63,961 bases of DNA, filler included, from Octopus bimaculoides (GCF_001194135.2; 6 parts of 5 records of this genome joined end to end with filler, not necessarily neighbours in it); one strand, 5' to 3'; shown: positions 1-12,352, numbered from the whole stretch's first letter. Notes: generated by a model from the letters alone, not told the origin. Numbers and translations: made by a program.

Positions 1-162
1 GGGCTACTAAGTTGAGCAGGTGAGCAATAAGAGATTCCTTTATTGGGTTAGATTATATATATTATTCAGGGATCCAGTAAATGTGACGACGCCAATCGTC
101 GTTTGAAATGAGAATCCGTGAGTTATCTAATCAAATATGGAGCAGAATCTTGTGACACTCAC

Positions 163-284
163 CTTGCCATATTTATCATGGCTGTGCTATTAACAAGAAT
201 TTTGTGTGCATTGATGTACGAGTGACACATTCAGTTCCAGGATGTAGGGACTGGTGGGTGTGAAACAGCGGGGAGTGTGGAGGA
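163..284 (-). other. Candidate exon of a minus-strand gene running off the left edge (5' UTR plus possible start)
   Basis: Minus strand reads TTTATCTATTTAG|TCCTCC ... ATGGCAAG|GTGAGT. All three frames contain a stop, but an ATG-initiated frame (MCHSYINAHKILVNSTAMINMAR) stays open to the donor. No homology recognised. Confidence 0.35.
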
Positions 285-430
285 CTAAATAGATAAACAT
301 GTCAGGAAGGCGGAAGGAAAACATGTTTAAAAAGTGTTCAATGAAAACATAACAGAACAATCAACGTATAAATATCAAAAACAAAATCTAAAATGGCATC
401 TAAGCCCATCCTCACTACCTACATCCCTAT

Positions 431-431
431 C

Positions 432-478
<47 letters not shown>

Positions 479-488
479 NNNNNNNNNN

Positions 489-532
<44 letters not shown>
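431..532. repeat. (CT)n microsatellite
   Basis: Direct reading; small N gap inside. Confidence 0.95.
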
Positions 533-535
<3 letters not shown>

Positions 536-984
536 ATAGGCCTGAGTATGTGTATGTGTGTATGCGTGCGTGTGTGTGTGTGCGCGCGCGCTTCTTTGTG
601 TCCGATGTTCAATTCTTTCGCATCGCTGTTCACTAAATATTTAACATGGAAGTATGTACTGCAGGTGTCGTGTATCTGTATCTAGTTTTCAAGTTCTTTG
701 ACTTTTTCTTGTCATTTTTTCTTGCCACTAGCTGATCTGGATCTTTTAAAAAATTTCAGTCTGATATTACCGCTTCAGTTCCTGAAAACTACTCGACCTC
801 GTACTGAACGGCAGGGTCTCTTCAAAGTGCTCATAGGATTTTCTTTTTGTCATTGATAACACTTGAGGTTTCACTGTGAAAATTCTTCACGAGAACAAAA
901 GGACTGTAACTATGAATATGGTAGGTCATTGAATATATTATAAATATAATGCGTTATAATATATTCCACAAGTTCTTTTTTTTG

Positions 985-1158
985 TCATTCTCTCTCTGTT
1001 TATTTTCTCTTATTCCTTTCTGTTGAAGAGCATAGGCTCGAAACGTAAAAGACTTTCATTTTCCCGAGCGTCAAACTAATACACTTGCTTGTTGTTCATA
1101 CACTTGTCTTCGTCTTTTGTTTTTCTATAAATTTCAACTATATATATATATATATATT
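985..1158 (+). mobile_element. Penelope-type terminal repeat fragment with variant minimal hammerhead motif (copy 1 of 3)
   Basis: CTTT-CTGTTGA-A-GAGC(ATAG)GCTC-GAAA-CG-TA-AAAG at 1016-1051. The same ~170 bp sequence recurs at 55780-55950 (-) and 56790-56995 (+); this copy ends in (TA)n. Confidence 0.6.
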
Positions 1159-2196
1159 CTGACTGAAACCAGCTAGAATGTAGTAGTAGTAGTAGTAGTA
1201 GTAGTNNNNNNNNNNNNNNNNNNNNNNNNNNNNNNNNNNNNNNNNNNNNNNNNNNNNNNNNNNNNNNNNNNNNNNNNNNNNNNNNNNNNNNNNNNNNNNN
1301 NNNNNNNNNNNNNNNNNNNNNNNNNNNNNNNNNNNNNNNNNNNNNNNNNNNNNNNNNNNNNNNNNNNNNNNNNNNNNNNNNNNNNNNNNNNNNNNNNNNN
1401 NNNNNNNNNNNNNNNNNNNNNNNNNNNNNNNNNNNNNNNNNNNNNNNNNNNNNNNNNNNNNNNNNNNNNNNNNNNNNNNNNNNNNNNNNNNNNNNNNNNN
1501 NNNNNNNNNNNNNNNNNNNNNNNNNNNNNNNNNNNNNNNNNNNNNNNNNNNNNNNNNNNNNNNNNNNNNNNNNNNNNNNNNNNNNNNNNNNNNNNNNNNN
1601 NNNNNNNNNNNNNNNNNNNNNNNNNNNNNNNNNNNNNNNNNNNNNNNNNNNNNNNNNNNNNNNNNNNNNNNNNNNNNNNNNNNNNNNNNNNNNNNNNNNN
1701 NNNNNNNNNNNNNNNNNNNNNNNNNNNNNNNNNNNAGGAGGAGGAGGAGGAGGTAGCTAGTTCAGCCACATCAAAATACCCTCAACAAATTTGCAGTGAA
1801 CATCGTGGGCAGTTATATATTTTTGTTGCTAATCTAACCGTGTCACCTGATTAATGATTGTTATAAACGAAATAGATTTTCGTTGCCCATTCGTTTTGTG
1901 GAAACGTCTCTATATTCCACCTCGTCTAAATAAAATACTTGCTCCTCTGGGACTGACTGAAGAAACTACACATGATTAAAGTCTGAACTGATTGGATTTG
2001 GCACTTTTTCTTGATACTTCATACTCTTAGGTTATAAGCCTTGTGTACATGTGTGTGTATGTGTGTGTGTGTGTGTGTGTATGTATGTGCGCGCGCGTGC
2101 GTGTATGATTTTCATTCAGCAAAATTTCGTTTACTGTGTGTGTATATCTTAGCTTTTATTTCTTTCAGTCGTTGGACTACGGCCATGTTGATGTTC

Positions 2197-2242
<46 letters not shown>

Positions 2243-3739
2243 ATGTATGTGTGCATGTGTGTGTAAATGTGTGTGTGCGGTGAGTACGCATATATGCATA
2301 TATATNNNNNNNNNNNNNNNNNNNNNNNNNNNNNNNNNNNNNNNNNNNNNNNNNNNNNNNNNNNNNNNNNNNNNNNNNNNNNNNNNNNNNNNNNNNNNNN
2401 NNNNNNNNNNNNNNNNNNNNNNNNNNNNNNNNNNNNNNNNNNNNNNNNNNNNNNNNNNNNNNNNNNNNNNNNNNNNNNNNNNNNNNNNNNNNNNNNNNNN
2501 NNNNNNNNNNNNNATATATATATATATAAGCAATACGATAAAACCAAAAGAAGGAGAGTCATGGGTTAAACAAACCTCTCTGTGCTCACTAAACCTACAT
2601 AAATAGCAGTTAAATCTTTCCTAAACCATAGCCTGCCATCTTAAAAATAGGACACGCTGGAGAAGTTTTTTTTTTCTTTTTTTTTCTGAACACAATGGAA
2701 TCTTCATGGCTTGAACGCCCTTGATTACTACTCTGGTGGATTAGGGCTGACCTGGGCTAAACAATAACAACAGCAATCTCATTTCTGCCATTACATACTG
2801 AAAGCTGGTTGTTAATGCTTAATCGAAAGTTAAACGTTATGCACCAATTCTTGTGACGAGGCATTGTCCATCCTTGACCATCGGCTTTTCTGAATGTAGA
2901 GAACTACACTATCCCATATGACCTTCTTTTTGAAAACGCTGTGTTGCGATTTCAGAAGGATTTGATTAATATTTCTAACAGTCAAGATTCTATTGTTGCC
3001 TCCTCATCTTTCCGACAGGTTGTCTGGCGGTATTTGCTTAATTTCACTGCTGTATCGCTTCGGCTTTCTTGCCTTTTCTTCACCTCGTCCTCTCCAACGC
3101 TGGTCACACCCTACCCACATCATTACACCTACTGCTTTTCACGCAGCACGAAAGATCTCCTACTCTTTCCTCTCTCCGTGATAATTCCCCTATCCTTCCC
3201 CTTCTCTTTCTACCAAACCATTCATTTGTCACAACAATGTCTATAGGGCTTCCCTAATCATAAAATAAACAATTAATTTGCTTGTCCAACATTTCTTTTC
3301 CTTTTTGCACATGGCAGACGGCAAATCATGGAGCGTTTCTTGTCACCGAGCGTATCACTGTTATGATTAGATATATGCAGGGAGGGGGAGCAGAGAGAGA
3401 GGAGGGCATAGAGAAGGGGAGGATTAGAACTAGCAGAGTGATGGAGGCAGAGAGGGAGAGTTAGGGGTTAGGTCGGATGTTATAGAGTGACAGGGAGAGA
3501 GAGAGAGAGAGATGGTGCAGATAGGAAAATCAAGATAGAAAAGGAAGACAAAAAGAAGATAATGGAAAGGAAAGAAAACGATGGCAAGTAAAAGACAGGA
3601 TGGAGGCACAGAGACAGGCGCGCGCGCGCAATAGGTGAGAGCGATAGAGAGACAGTGACAGAATAAAAAGGAAGAAGCGATAAAAGAATGGTGGGAGAGA
3701 GATTGACGGCCACACACACATACATACATAAAGAGCGAG

Positions 3740-3842
<103 letters not shown>

Positions 3843-4384
3843 AGCAGTATACACTGTACGTTGGCATCATTCACTCCACTCACTACACCACCAAATAAAT
3901 AAACAAAAGAACATAAAATGGAGAACAGAATAAATCAGAACAAAACTGGCCGCTTGGGGTTGCTTTTACAAATAGTGGCGTCTGGTGACAGGACGACGAC
4001 GACGACGACGTTAGCGAGGATAAAGGAGGGAGTTTTATCGCTATTCCATGTACAGGTTACTGAGGGTGTGCCAACCACCCCCACCACCTCTAAGAGTTGC
4101 CTCATTTTGACGTGAAAGACTGTTTGCTTCTGATTTCTACTCCATTTAACTTCATTCACCCACGCATACCCTTATAGGTGTGTCGAGGCATCAATGTAAT
4201 TATGCGTAGATCTGTATGTGTGTGAAGTATACACATAAATATATCTATATATACAAATATAGACACACAAATACACACGTATGTATATTAGTGTGTGTCT
4301 ATGTATGGTTGCCTGAGGACGTATCCGTGAGAGCATATCCGTAACATATCTATATGTACACAAGTATATTTGTATGTATGTGTG

Positions 4385-4429
<45 letters not shown>

Positions 4430-4886
4430 GTATGTATGTATACGCACAGACATACAGATACGAATATATATTGTGTGTAATAACAGTACTAAGTGGCTTA
4501 TACGTATTGGAATAGAGGGAGGCAGGAAGAGATAGACACATATACAAACGCATACATACTTACGTTCACACGCAAAGAGGTATGTACTCGAAACGTGTCA
4601 TCAAGCAGTAAGGTAGGCAGTGCCAACCCAAACTAAAATTTTAAATATTGATTATTAAATATAATGGCCTTCAATTTATTATAGCAAATAATCATTTCAT
4701 GTATACCATTTAATACAAGTAGAAGGATATATTTTTCCACGCGTAATTACTGATTGAACAGCATATATGGGATAAAATTCTTACAGATGAGAAAAATCTG
4801 TCAGCAACCAGCCAGTTAAGTAAATGTCAATGTTTGACACTATTTTAACCTGAATTTCTGATCACTGTATTTATTACGAATAACGC

Positions 4887-4916
4887 TATTAAACACACTC
4901 CGGCGTCAGTTCAGTT
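4887..4916 (+). promoter_or_regulatory. Candidate core promoter (TATA-like plus tandem initiator)
   Basis: TATTAAA at 4887-4893 lies 26 nt upstream of the A in the second of two overlapping TCAGTT initiator-like motifs (4906-4916); a GTGAGC donor follows ~70 nt later. Confidence 0.3.
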
Positions 4917-4984
4917 GCAGAATGAATTCAGTATACTGGTATAAAGGCAGATGAACTTCTCCCTTCACTCGATGGTATTAAAGA
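4908..4984 (+). other. Candidate first exon of plus-strand host gene
   Basis: Ends AAGA|GTGAGC. ATG at 4951 (MNFSLHSMVLK) would splice in frame with the 7926-8004 exon; a short uORF (MNSVYWYKGR*) lies upstream. Confidence 0.35.
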
Positions 4985-5098
4985 GTGAGCATGTGTACGC
5001 GTGCGTATTACATTGAGTGTGGTTTCTTTAATAATAATAATAACAATAATAATAATAACAATAATAATAATAATAATAATAATAATGATAGTAATAAT

Positions 5099-5840
5099 AT
5101 GCAGTGCCAGGCAGTGGTTGTCGTGGTTTTGATCTTAACAACTGATTGGATGTGTTATCATGTACATGTTTTGTCTTGCTATAACAGATGGGTTACAGCA
5201 AATATTCTGCTCATTACCACTGATTTGCTTGTCAGTTGTTTGACCTGTTACCATATTTCTATTGAGATACTCTGTGTTTCTTTCTATTAATTTGAAATAT
5301 AACAAAGAATTTAGTAAAATAACTTATCATAATGAAGCTAGTGTTAGGAACAAAAATTGTGATTAAGGTTTGGTGGAAGACTTTAATTCAGAACTTTTGG
5401 AAACAACACATTTGTACTACAGAGCCAGAGGCGGTTTCAGCCGAGTTGGTATTGAAAGAGTTAACCAGTTGAGCATGTCCTTTAGTAGCTGATGATATGT
5501 GCATCATGAGCAGAAGTAACGGGGGAGCATCATAGCCATGTATTGAGAGGAAATTGGGGTTTAAATAATCCACCTCTGGAAGCATGAGTGTTTCGTTCAT
5601 CATCCTTCAACAAACCTTTTGAGCGGGATGGGCTACTCGGCCTGAAGAAAATTCTAACAGGGCACTCCACCTGCAAGGTCATGCGCTGTTATCTTGATAT
5701 GAGATCACCATGTCGCACACTTATGGTTGTGATGCATGTGCCTGCTGTATCCTTATCAGACAGGTAGTCACGATGGGTATATTAAGCTTCGTACATTTGT
5801 ACCCCAGGGTCACTTTGATGGCATGCTCTGCTCTCTCACT
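5099..5840 (+). mobile_element. SINE-like non-autonomous retroelement embedded in an (AAT)n array
   Basis: Non-coding ~740 bp body flanked by (AAT)n at 5030-5098 and 5841-5910; resembles an abundant octopus repeat from memory. Confidence 0.6.
5246..5464. mobile_element. Probable TTAA-type (piggyBac-like) MITE nested in the SINE-like element
   Basis: AT-rich segment ending GGTATTGAAAGAG-TTAA. The left terminus looks eroded, so the assignment rests on recall of the family, not on a visible TIR pair. Confidence 0.3.
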
Positions 5841-5841
5841 C

Positions 5842-5903
<62 letters not shown>

Positions 5904-7712
5904 TAATAATGAATGTAAGCGTATATACATTATGTAAAACTTGTGCATGCATGCATACATACATATACAAACACGCACACTCATACATACATACATGCAT
6001 GTATGTATGTATGTATGTATGTATATATGTATGTATGTATGTATGTAGGGTGATGTAAATATTATGAATAATATATCAACACAAGAGTGCATGATTACAA
6101 GTAATAAATATTTTTCAGATTTGCTCAGCTAATTTTCAATTACACGATGAAATTATATAACATAATGAATGAAGAATAATAATACGAAATAATTGTAAGG
6201 CAGTCACAGAATCATTTTGGCATGGAAATTAGTTAGATGCATGAGAAATTGGTTAAGGGCCAATATTTTTAGTTTCGATTATTTATTTACTTTGTGTAGT
6301 AGACCTAATCTGTCACCTCGCTTAACATCACCATCTAGTCATTTGGCATCTTTAAAAGTGGGGGCCTCCCTCGTTCTTGGATCCTTTGAAAATAGAAAAG
6401 GTGATGGGACCACATAGTGAAGGTTACTTATGCCTGATATAGGCTCAAGACCTCTTATTTGGTGAGGGAGAGTACAGTCGATTGAGATCGCACCAGTTTA
6501 TGACTGGTATATCTTTTACCGACACGGGTTGGGTCAAAGGTAAATTAACATTAGTTGTATTCGAACTCTGAACGCAAATGTGCGAACACAAATATCAGCA
6601 AGTGGTAAATCCTCATATCATCACTTCTGAAAATTCACCTTTCCGCTTGAATGTTATAATAGAATAGAAATGTTCAAAAACAAAGATAGAAGAACAAATG
6701 AGTAATGACAAAGTTGGCGCATGACTAAGTTAGGGAGCGGGAAGAGAAGGAGAATGAATGAGAATATTGATGAGATCGATTAAGCGGTGGATCAAGAAAT
6801 GAGGAATGGCAAAAAGATAGAAGAAAATACAAGGAATGAGTTGAAAATAGAAGAAAGAAAGCAAGAGCTCCGGGCAAATAAGAGTAAAGATGAGAGACTG
6901 AACTGAAAGAGATTACTAAGACTGAATACAACTTCCCAAATTTGAGGGGAGACTAGGAGTAGGGGATTGAATCATCCGACCAATATTTGATTCGTATTTC
7001 TTTTTATCGATCCCGAGACACGAGTACGACCTCGATAGGAATTGAATTAAAGATGAAACTAAATACAGCAACGGATAAATTCCTACATTCTCCTAAATCT
7101 GATAGCGTCACTTATTGATCGGTTGCGGCACAGTTTCTTAAAGTTAGTTCCTGTGATGCTAGGATTCTTTGAAAACGGTTGGGATGTTCCACGAGTACCA
7201 AATTTGATTTTAAAATTTTATTTACGAAACATAACTATTCACCATTTTTAAAATAATAAATCTGTTTTCATAAACAAATTCTCTCTCAAATTTTTAAAAA
7301 TTTCATTTAATGACTCATTTTAATTTTAATTAATTTTAATGAAATATTGGTTCGCGATTTATGAAAATAAGCTTGAAATCGCCGAACTTGGAGGTTTCTT
7401 GGTCATTCATATTATTAGAAAAAACAGCCACGCTTCCATCAAAGTACACTGTGTTGTTTTAGAGGGATAAAGTAACACACGATATACTAAATAATGTGAG
7501 ACATGGATGGGAAAATTATGGATCTCTTACGTCCGAGTTATCATGAGGCAGTGATGGGGGCGACAAGTGAAAGAAATATAGAATAGAAGAGAGTGCAAAA
7601 AATAAACAAGCAAATATGACGAAGGAAAGAATTAGAAAAGTTTTGTTAAGATTCCACGAAAGACACAAAACAAGGAAAAAATTTAGCAGACAAAAAAACA
7701 CAGTAAAATGTT

Positions 7713-7751
<39 letters not shown>

Positions 7752-7925
7752 CAATGGAAGACTAGGTCAAAAGAAATTTTATGGGAGAGGAAGGAAACTG
7801 AAGATAAAATAAATGTTAAGGGAAGAACTACAGCTGTAAAAAGGGAAAGAAAGAGAAAAAAGAGAAAAGAACGAAACGAAAAGAGGGAAAGAAAAGAGTC
7901 TCGAAGGTCCACATTTTGTTTTCAG

Positions 7926-8004
7926 AAACAACACGGCTGCATTTTTTTCTACCTAACATGGCGGATCAAAAGAAGGTTTACACAGAAGTTAGCGATGATT
8001 TAAG
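7926..8004 (+). CDS. Candidate coding exon of unidentified host gene (MADQKKVYTEVSDDL-R/S, phase-2 end)
   Basis: Acceptor CACATTTTGTTTTCAG|, ATG in AACATGG context at 7958, consensus donor AAG|GTGAGT at 8004/8005, frame open throughout. Product not recognised. Confidence 0.5.
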
Positions 8005-8122
8005 GTGAGTTAGGTCAAGTAGGAGTTTGACGTTTGACGCCGGCCAAATAGTGACAGCCTACAACGTATGCAGCAGTTTATCTCATTGTGCTCCTGCACC
8101 AATATGTATGTATGTGTGTGTG

Positions 8123-8169
<47 letters not shown>

Positions 8170-8331
8170 NNNNNNNNNNNNNNNNNNNNNNNNNNNNNNN
8201 NNNNNNNNNNNNNNNNNNNNNNNNNNNNNNNNNNNNNNNNNNNNNNNNNNNNNNNNNNNNNNNNNNNNNNNNNNNNCATATACATGTATGTAGTATTTAT
8301 ATATATATATATATATGCATGCAAAGCATGC

Positions 8332-8335
<4 letters not shown>

Positions 8336-8402
<67 letters not shown>

Positions 8403-8412
8403 CAGATAGATA
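8336..8412. repeat. (GATA)n microsatellite
   Basis: Direct reading. Confidence 0.95.
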
Positions 8413-8673
8413 GAAATATGAGTATATCGCAGCCTACCAAGTAATAAGGTTTCAGTTTGATGATCTAGGAGAAATGCATGGCTGTTTTCCCGTGGAAGCG
8501 AATTAAGTATGACTGGTTGAAAGAGTCTCAAAAGAAGAGATTTGCTGTTTAAAAGGACAAGATGTATTTCCAAGCAGTATATGTTCATGCGTGTGTATAA
8601 GCACACGCACACAGGGGCACATAGTCAGTCTCTCTATCTCCCACTCTGTCTCTCACACGCGCTCACACACACG

Positions 8674-8675
<2 letters not shown>

Positions 8676-8757
<82 letters not shown>

Positions 8758-8764
8758 TGTGTGT
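8676..8764. repeat. (GT)n microsatellite
   Basis: Direct reading. Confidence 0.95.
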
Positions 8765-8917
8765 AGACAGATCACTCTGTAGTTTGGTGTGGTTATCATT
8801 AATAAGCTACACAACGTTTAAAATGATGGCAAATGTTCTGGACGCTTGCCAGTTTCTTGATACAAACTCTTCATATTTAGTGATTAATTACTAATGTGGT
8901 AACACGAAGATAAAAGT

Positions 8918-8919
8918 TA

Positions 8920-8982
<63 letters not shown>

Positions 8983-9005
8983 CATTATTATTATTATCAC
9001 TATTA
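8918..9005. repeat. (ATT)n microsatellite
   Basis: Direct reading. Confidence 0.95.
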
Positions 9006-9461
9006 TCAGTATTATGATTAACAGAGATAAGTGACTCAACAAACCTCAGTAGATCCTAAAAAGTTGAAACTAGGATTAAGAAACGTTAAGCTGACGAAAG
9101 ATAAAACACTGCCCGCCTCCATCTTGGCTAAGGAGAGACGTTTCTTTGAGAACTGAGCGAATCTATAGTCGATAACTGGGTGAATATATAATCCTTGATA
9201 CTGAGTGTACTGTCGGTCTGTAACCAGACAACAACTCCAACCAAAAACAATTACCACAGCAACAACAGCATCAACAACCTGATGCCTGCAACATCTTTTT
9301 TTGCCATTCTTAATATGTGTAATTGTGCGCTCGCGATCGTATGTCTGTATGTGAATATTTACGCATATGTGAACATAAATACATACATACGTATAGGAAG
9401 GATGACAAGCTCGTAGAAATAAAGAACACAATGCTAAAATGTCAATAACTTTTAAGCTATT

Positions 9462-9640
9462 ACCGGGTGTCAAGGCGGTGAGTTAGCAGAATCGTCAGCA
9501 TGCTCGGCAAAATGCTTAGCGACATTTCATCCTTTCCGAGTCGATAAAATAAGTACCTGTTGAGCATTAGGGTCGATGAAATTAACTTACCCACTCCCTT
9601 GAAATTGCTGGCCTTGTGCCAAACTTTGAAACCAGTCTAT
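9462..9640 (+). mobile_element. SINE family A copy (tRNA-like head, internally deleted)
   Basis: AAGGCGGTGAGTTAGCAGAATCGTCAGC head, TCGATAAAATAAGTACC core and GGCCTTGTGCCAAA tail are shared with other copies in the window. Confidence 0.8.
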
Positions 9641-9852
9641 GATCGTGAGACTTACAAAATATTTTGCTGGACTCATAGCTATGGATCTTCTTTCGTCTAG
9701 ACTACATTACTCGTGGACGTTGACTCCCAACTCAAGAGAAAGTTTCCCTCCAGGTCCATATAAGAGACTTTAAAGGCCTTGCGCAGAAGTCGAGCGTATA
9801 TGCCATCTAGTGATCGCTGTCGGGTAACTATAAGAGATAAACATTTAGAGCC

Positions 9853-9916
9853 GATTCTACTGTGACAGTTGGGATTCTACATGTGACAGTTGTGATTCTA
9901 CATGTGACAGTTGTGA
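9853..9916. repeat. 21-bp tandem repeat, ~3 copies
   Basis: GATTCTACATGTGACAGTTGT units. Confidence 0.85.
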
Positions 9917-10094
9917 GGCTTTCCAAGTTGTCCATGGCTTGTAGGATGCTGATCTTATTATGGCTTTACGAATATTACCATCTGATAAAGCGAAAACGAG
10001 TGTTCAAATAACCGATATCGGCAATTGCCTCAATTGATCCCAATGAAAGTTTAAAATCACCCACATCTGTCAGGTTTCTGAGATTATGGTTGCG

Positions 10095-10278
10095 ACTTTA
10101 GCGTGCAGTCTACCTGGCCACTTCCATTTTAACGCGCTGTCTACATGCAACCCTAACCCTAATTCTAACACTAACCTTAACACTAAACTCTAACCATAAA
10201 CCCTTATCCCAAACACTTCCTAACTCAGATCAGGTCACTTCACAGCGTAGACTACTGCAGTAGATCTCACGCTAAAGT
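10095..10278. mobile_element. MITE-like element with TIRs enclosing degenerate (CCCTAA)n
   Basis: ACTTTAGCGTGCAGTCTAC ... GTAGATCTCACGCTAAAGT inverted termini; internal telomere-like hexamers at ~10150-10225. Confidence 0.55.
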
Positions 10279-10345
10279 AGCACGCATATGAGTACGCGCG
10301 CGCGCACATACATATATATGCACATACACCAACACCTTCGACATA

Positions 10346-10949
10346 CGAGGGGTGCTGAAGAGTTCCTGGCTTTAAGGGTGTTGCGAAAGGACTGGTTGGC
10401 GGCCCAAACATCCAAGTTCTTTTACAGAGCTTAAGAAAACTGAAGGATCGCTGCAATAAGAGTGTGAGTCTGAGGCGGAAGTATCTTTTATCTTGTTTCG
10501 GTCATTAGACTGCGGTCATGCTGGGACACTACCTTGAAGAGTTTAGTCGAACAAATCCCACCTTAGGACTTATTTTATTTTAGGCCTAGTACTTATTCTA
10601 TCGGTTTCTTTTGCTGAACTGCTAAGTTACGGGGATATAAACACACCAACACCGGTTGTCAAGTGGTAATGGGGGACAAATAGAGATAAAAAGGCATGCA
10701 CACATCGATATATACATATATAATATATGACGGGATTCTTTCAGTTTCCGTCTACCAAATCCAATCACAAGGCTTTGGTCGGCTCGAGGTTATAGTAGGA
10801 GACACTTGCCCAAGGTGCCACGCAGTGGGACTGAAACCATGTTGTTGCAAAGCAAGCTTCGTACCACACAGCAACACCTAATTCACTGATCCTCCTGTAT
10901 TTTCTTTTTACCCAAATTTTTTTAGCCGAAACTTTTCAGCATCCTATCG
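10346..10949 (+). mobile_element. Mariner-derived MITE interrupted by a SINE
   Basis: TA-CGAGGGGTGCTGAAGAGTTCCTGGCT left TIR and AGCCGAAACTTTTCAGCATCCTATCG-TA right TIR; 10435-10480 resembles the last codons of a mariner transposase (KL.DRCNK.V.L). Confidence 0.7.
10482..10879 (-). mobile_element. SINE family B, near full length
   Basis: tRNA-like head on minus strand (GGTTTCAGTCCCACTGCGTGGCACCTTGGGCAAG); body shared with copies at 16212, 20712, 21215, 29180, 37210. Confidence 0.8.
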
Positions 10950-11002
10950 TACATATCAGCATAAATTTGTATGTGTGTATATGTATATATAAGCTGGAGT
11001 AT

Positions 11003-11042
<40 letters not shown>

Positions 11043-12352
11043 AGATTCATTCTGTCTATACTGTATTAAATTTTATTAACAATACAAACGAAGTTTACGT
11101 TGTTTGATGAATGAGGCCTCTTTTTCTTAACAAATGTCTTCTTAAATATTAATCTAATAACTTAAAGTCAATACTAAGTCATCAATTATAAGCCAGTCCG
11201 ATTGAACTGTCTTAAGACGAAGTATTATGTCGGTGTTGAAAACCCAAAGTAAAATTGAAAAACAACTAATCCTGCCGTCCCTCTTTTTGTGTCCACAGTG
11301 AGATTGAATAAAAAATCAGTCATTTACGATTGTCCAGTGTATTTAATTGCATTTAATTAATTTACAGATACAGGGTTTGATAAAAAATCTATACATTTGC
11401 CATACACGGAGACGCACATACACAAACACGTAGACACACACAGAGAAACATGCTGTCGGATGTTTATACGAAGCGTTAAATTTGGGGGAACACGCTCACT
11501 TTGTTTTATTTAGTTCAAAGCTGAAGAATTCGTTGCCCTCTTCTAGACTGGAGTAGTAGTATATACATATGTTTGTGTTTGTGTGTGTGTGTGTGTGTGT
11601 TTATGCATGTATACACACACACACACACACATGCACTGAAATACATACATGCACACACACACAAACACACACACGTAGGCATGCATGTTTGGTTATGTGT
11701 AAACGATTGTGTGACAGTTTGACAGAGAAATTTCGTGTCTGTTCTCAAACAAGAACAACGACTACAACAGAAAAGACAGGAACGAATGGAGGGGGGAAAC
11801 AATCGTATGTGTGTGTGTGTGAAAGGGAGAGAGAGAGAGAGAGAGAGAGATTTTCGCGCTTTAAAGCGTCATAAGAAATGTTTTTGCCATCTATAACCCA
11901 GATTACGATCATCGTACAATCCACCGTACAAAGTCAAGCTGACCTATTTTGGTGAATACCAGATGTGACACTTAGCCGAGACTGAACGTATTACACCGGC
12001 AGACGACGGGTGGTCCCCACCACCACCACCACCACGACTACTACTACTACTACTACTACTACGAGACTTGAAATAAAAATAGCTGCCATGAAGTTCAGAT
12101 ACAGTATCGAAACCAGATATTGTCCTATAAACAATATCGGGTTCAGAAGCTCCACATTTTGCGTTCAAATCTCTCCCATTTTCTTTGGCCCCAGTTGAAC
12201 TGGGTATTATACTGTTGAGGGAGTAAATCTATAATGAAAGGCGTTCCACCCATGACAGTCCCATTTTATTCCAAGTAATGGGGTCGAAGTAATAAACTTA
12301 CCTACCCCACCTCCACCGAACCTGCGGGCCTTGTGCCAAAGCATGAAACCAA

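Noticed and set aside
1-25. Strong plus-strand donor CAG|GTGAGC
   Set aside because: Context resembles the recurring GGCTGCTATTTCTAGCAGGTCGAGC repeat motif, and no upstream sequence is available
2860-3200. Further RTE-like LINE remnants (also ~27600-27780, 34200-34700, 50950-51300)
   Set aside because: Only faint GR/RW-like motifs on the minus strand; too degraded to call
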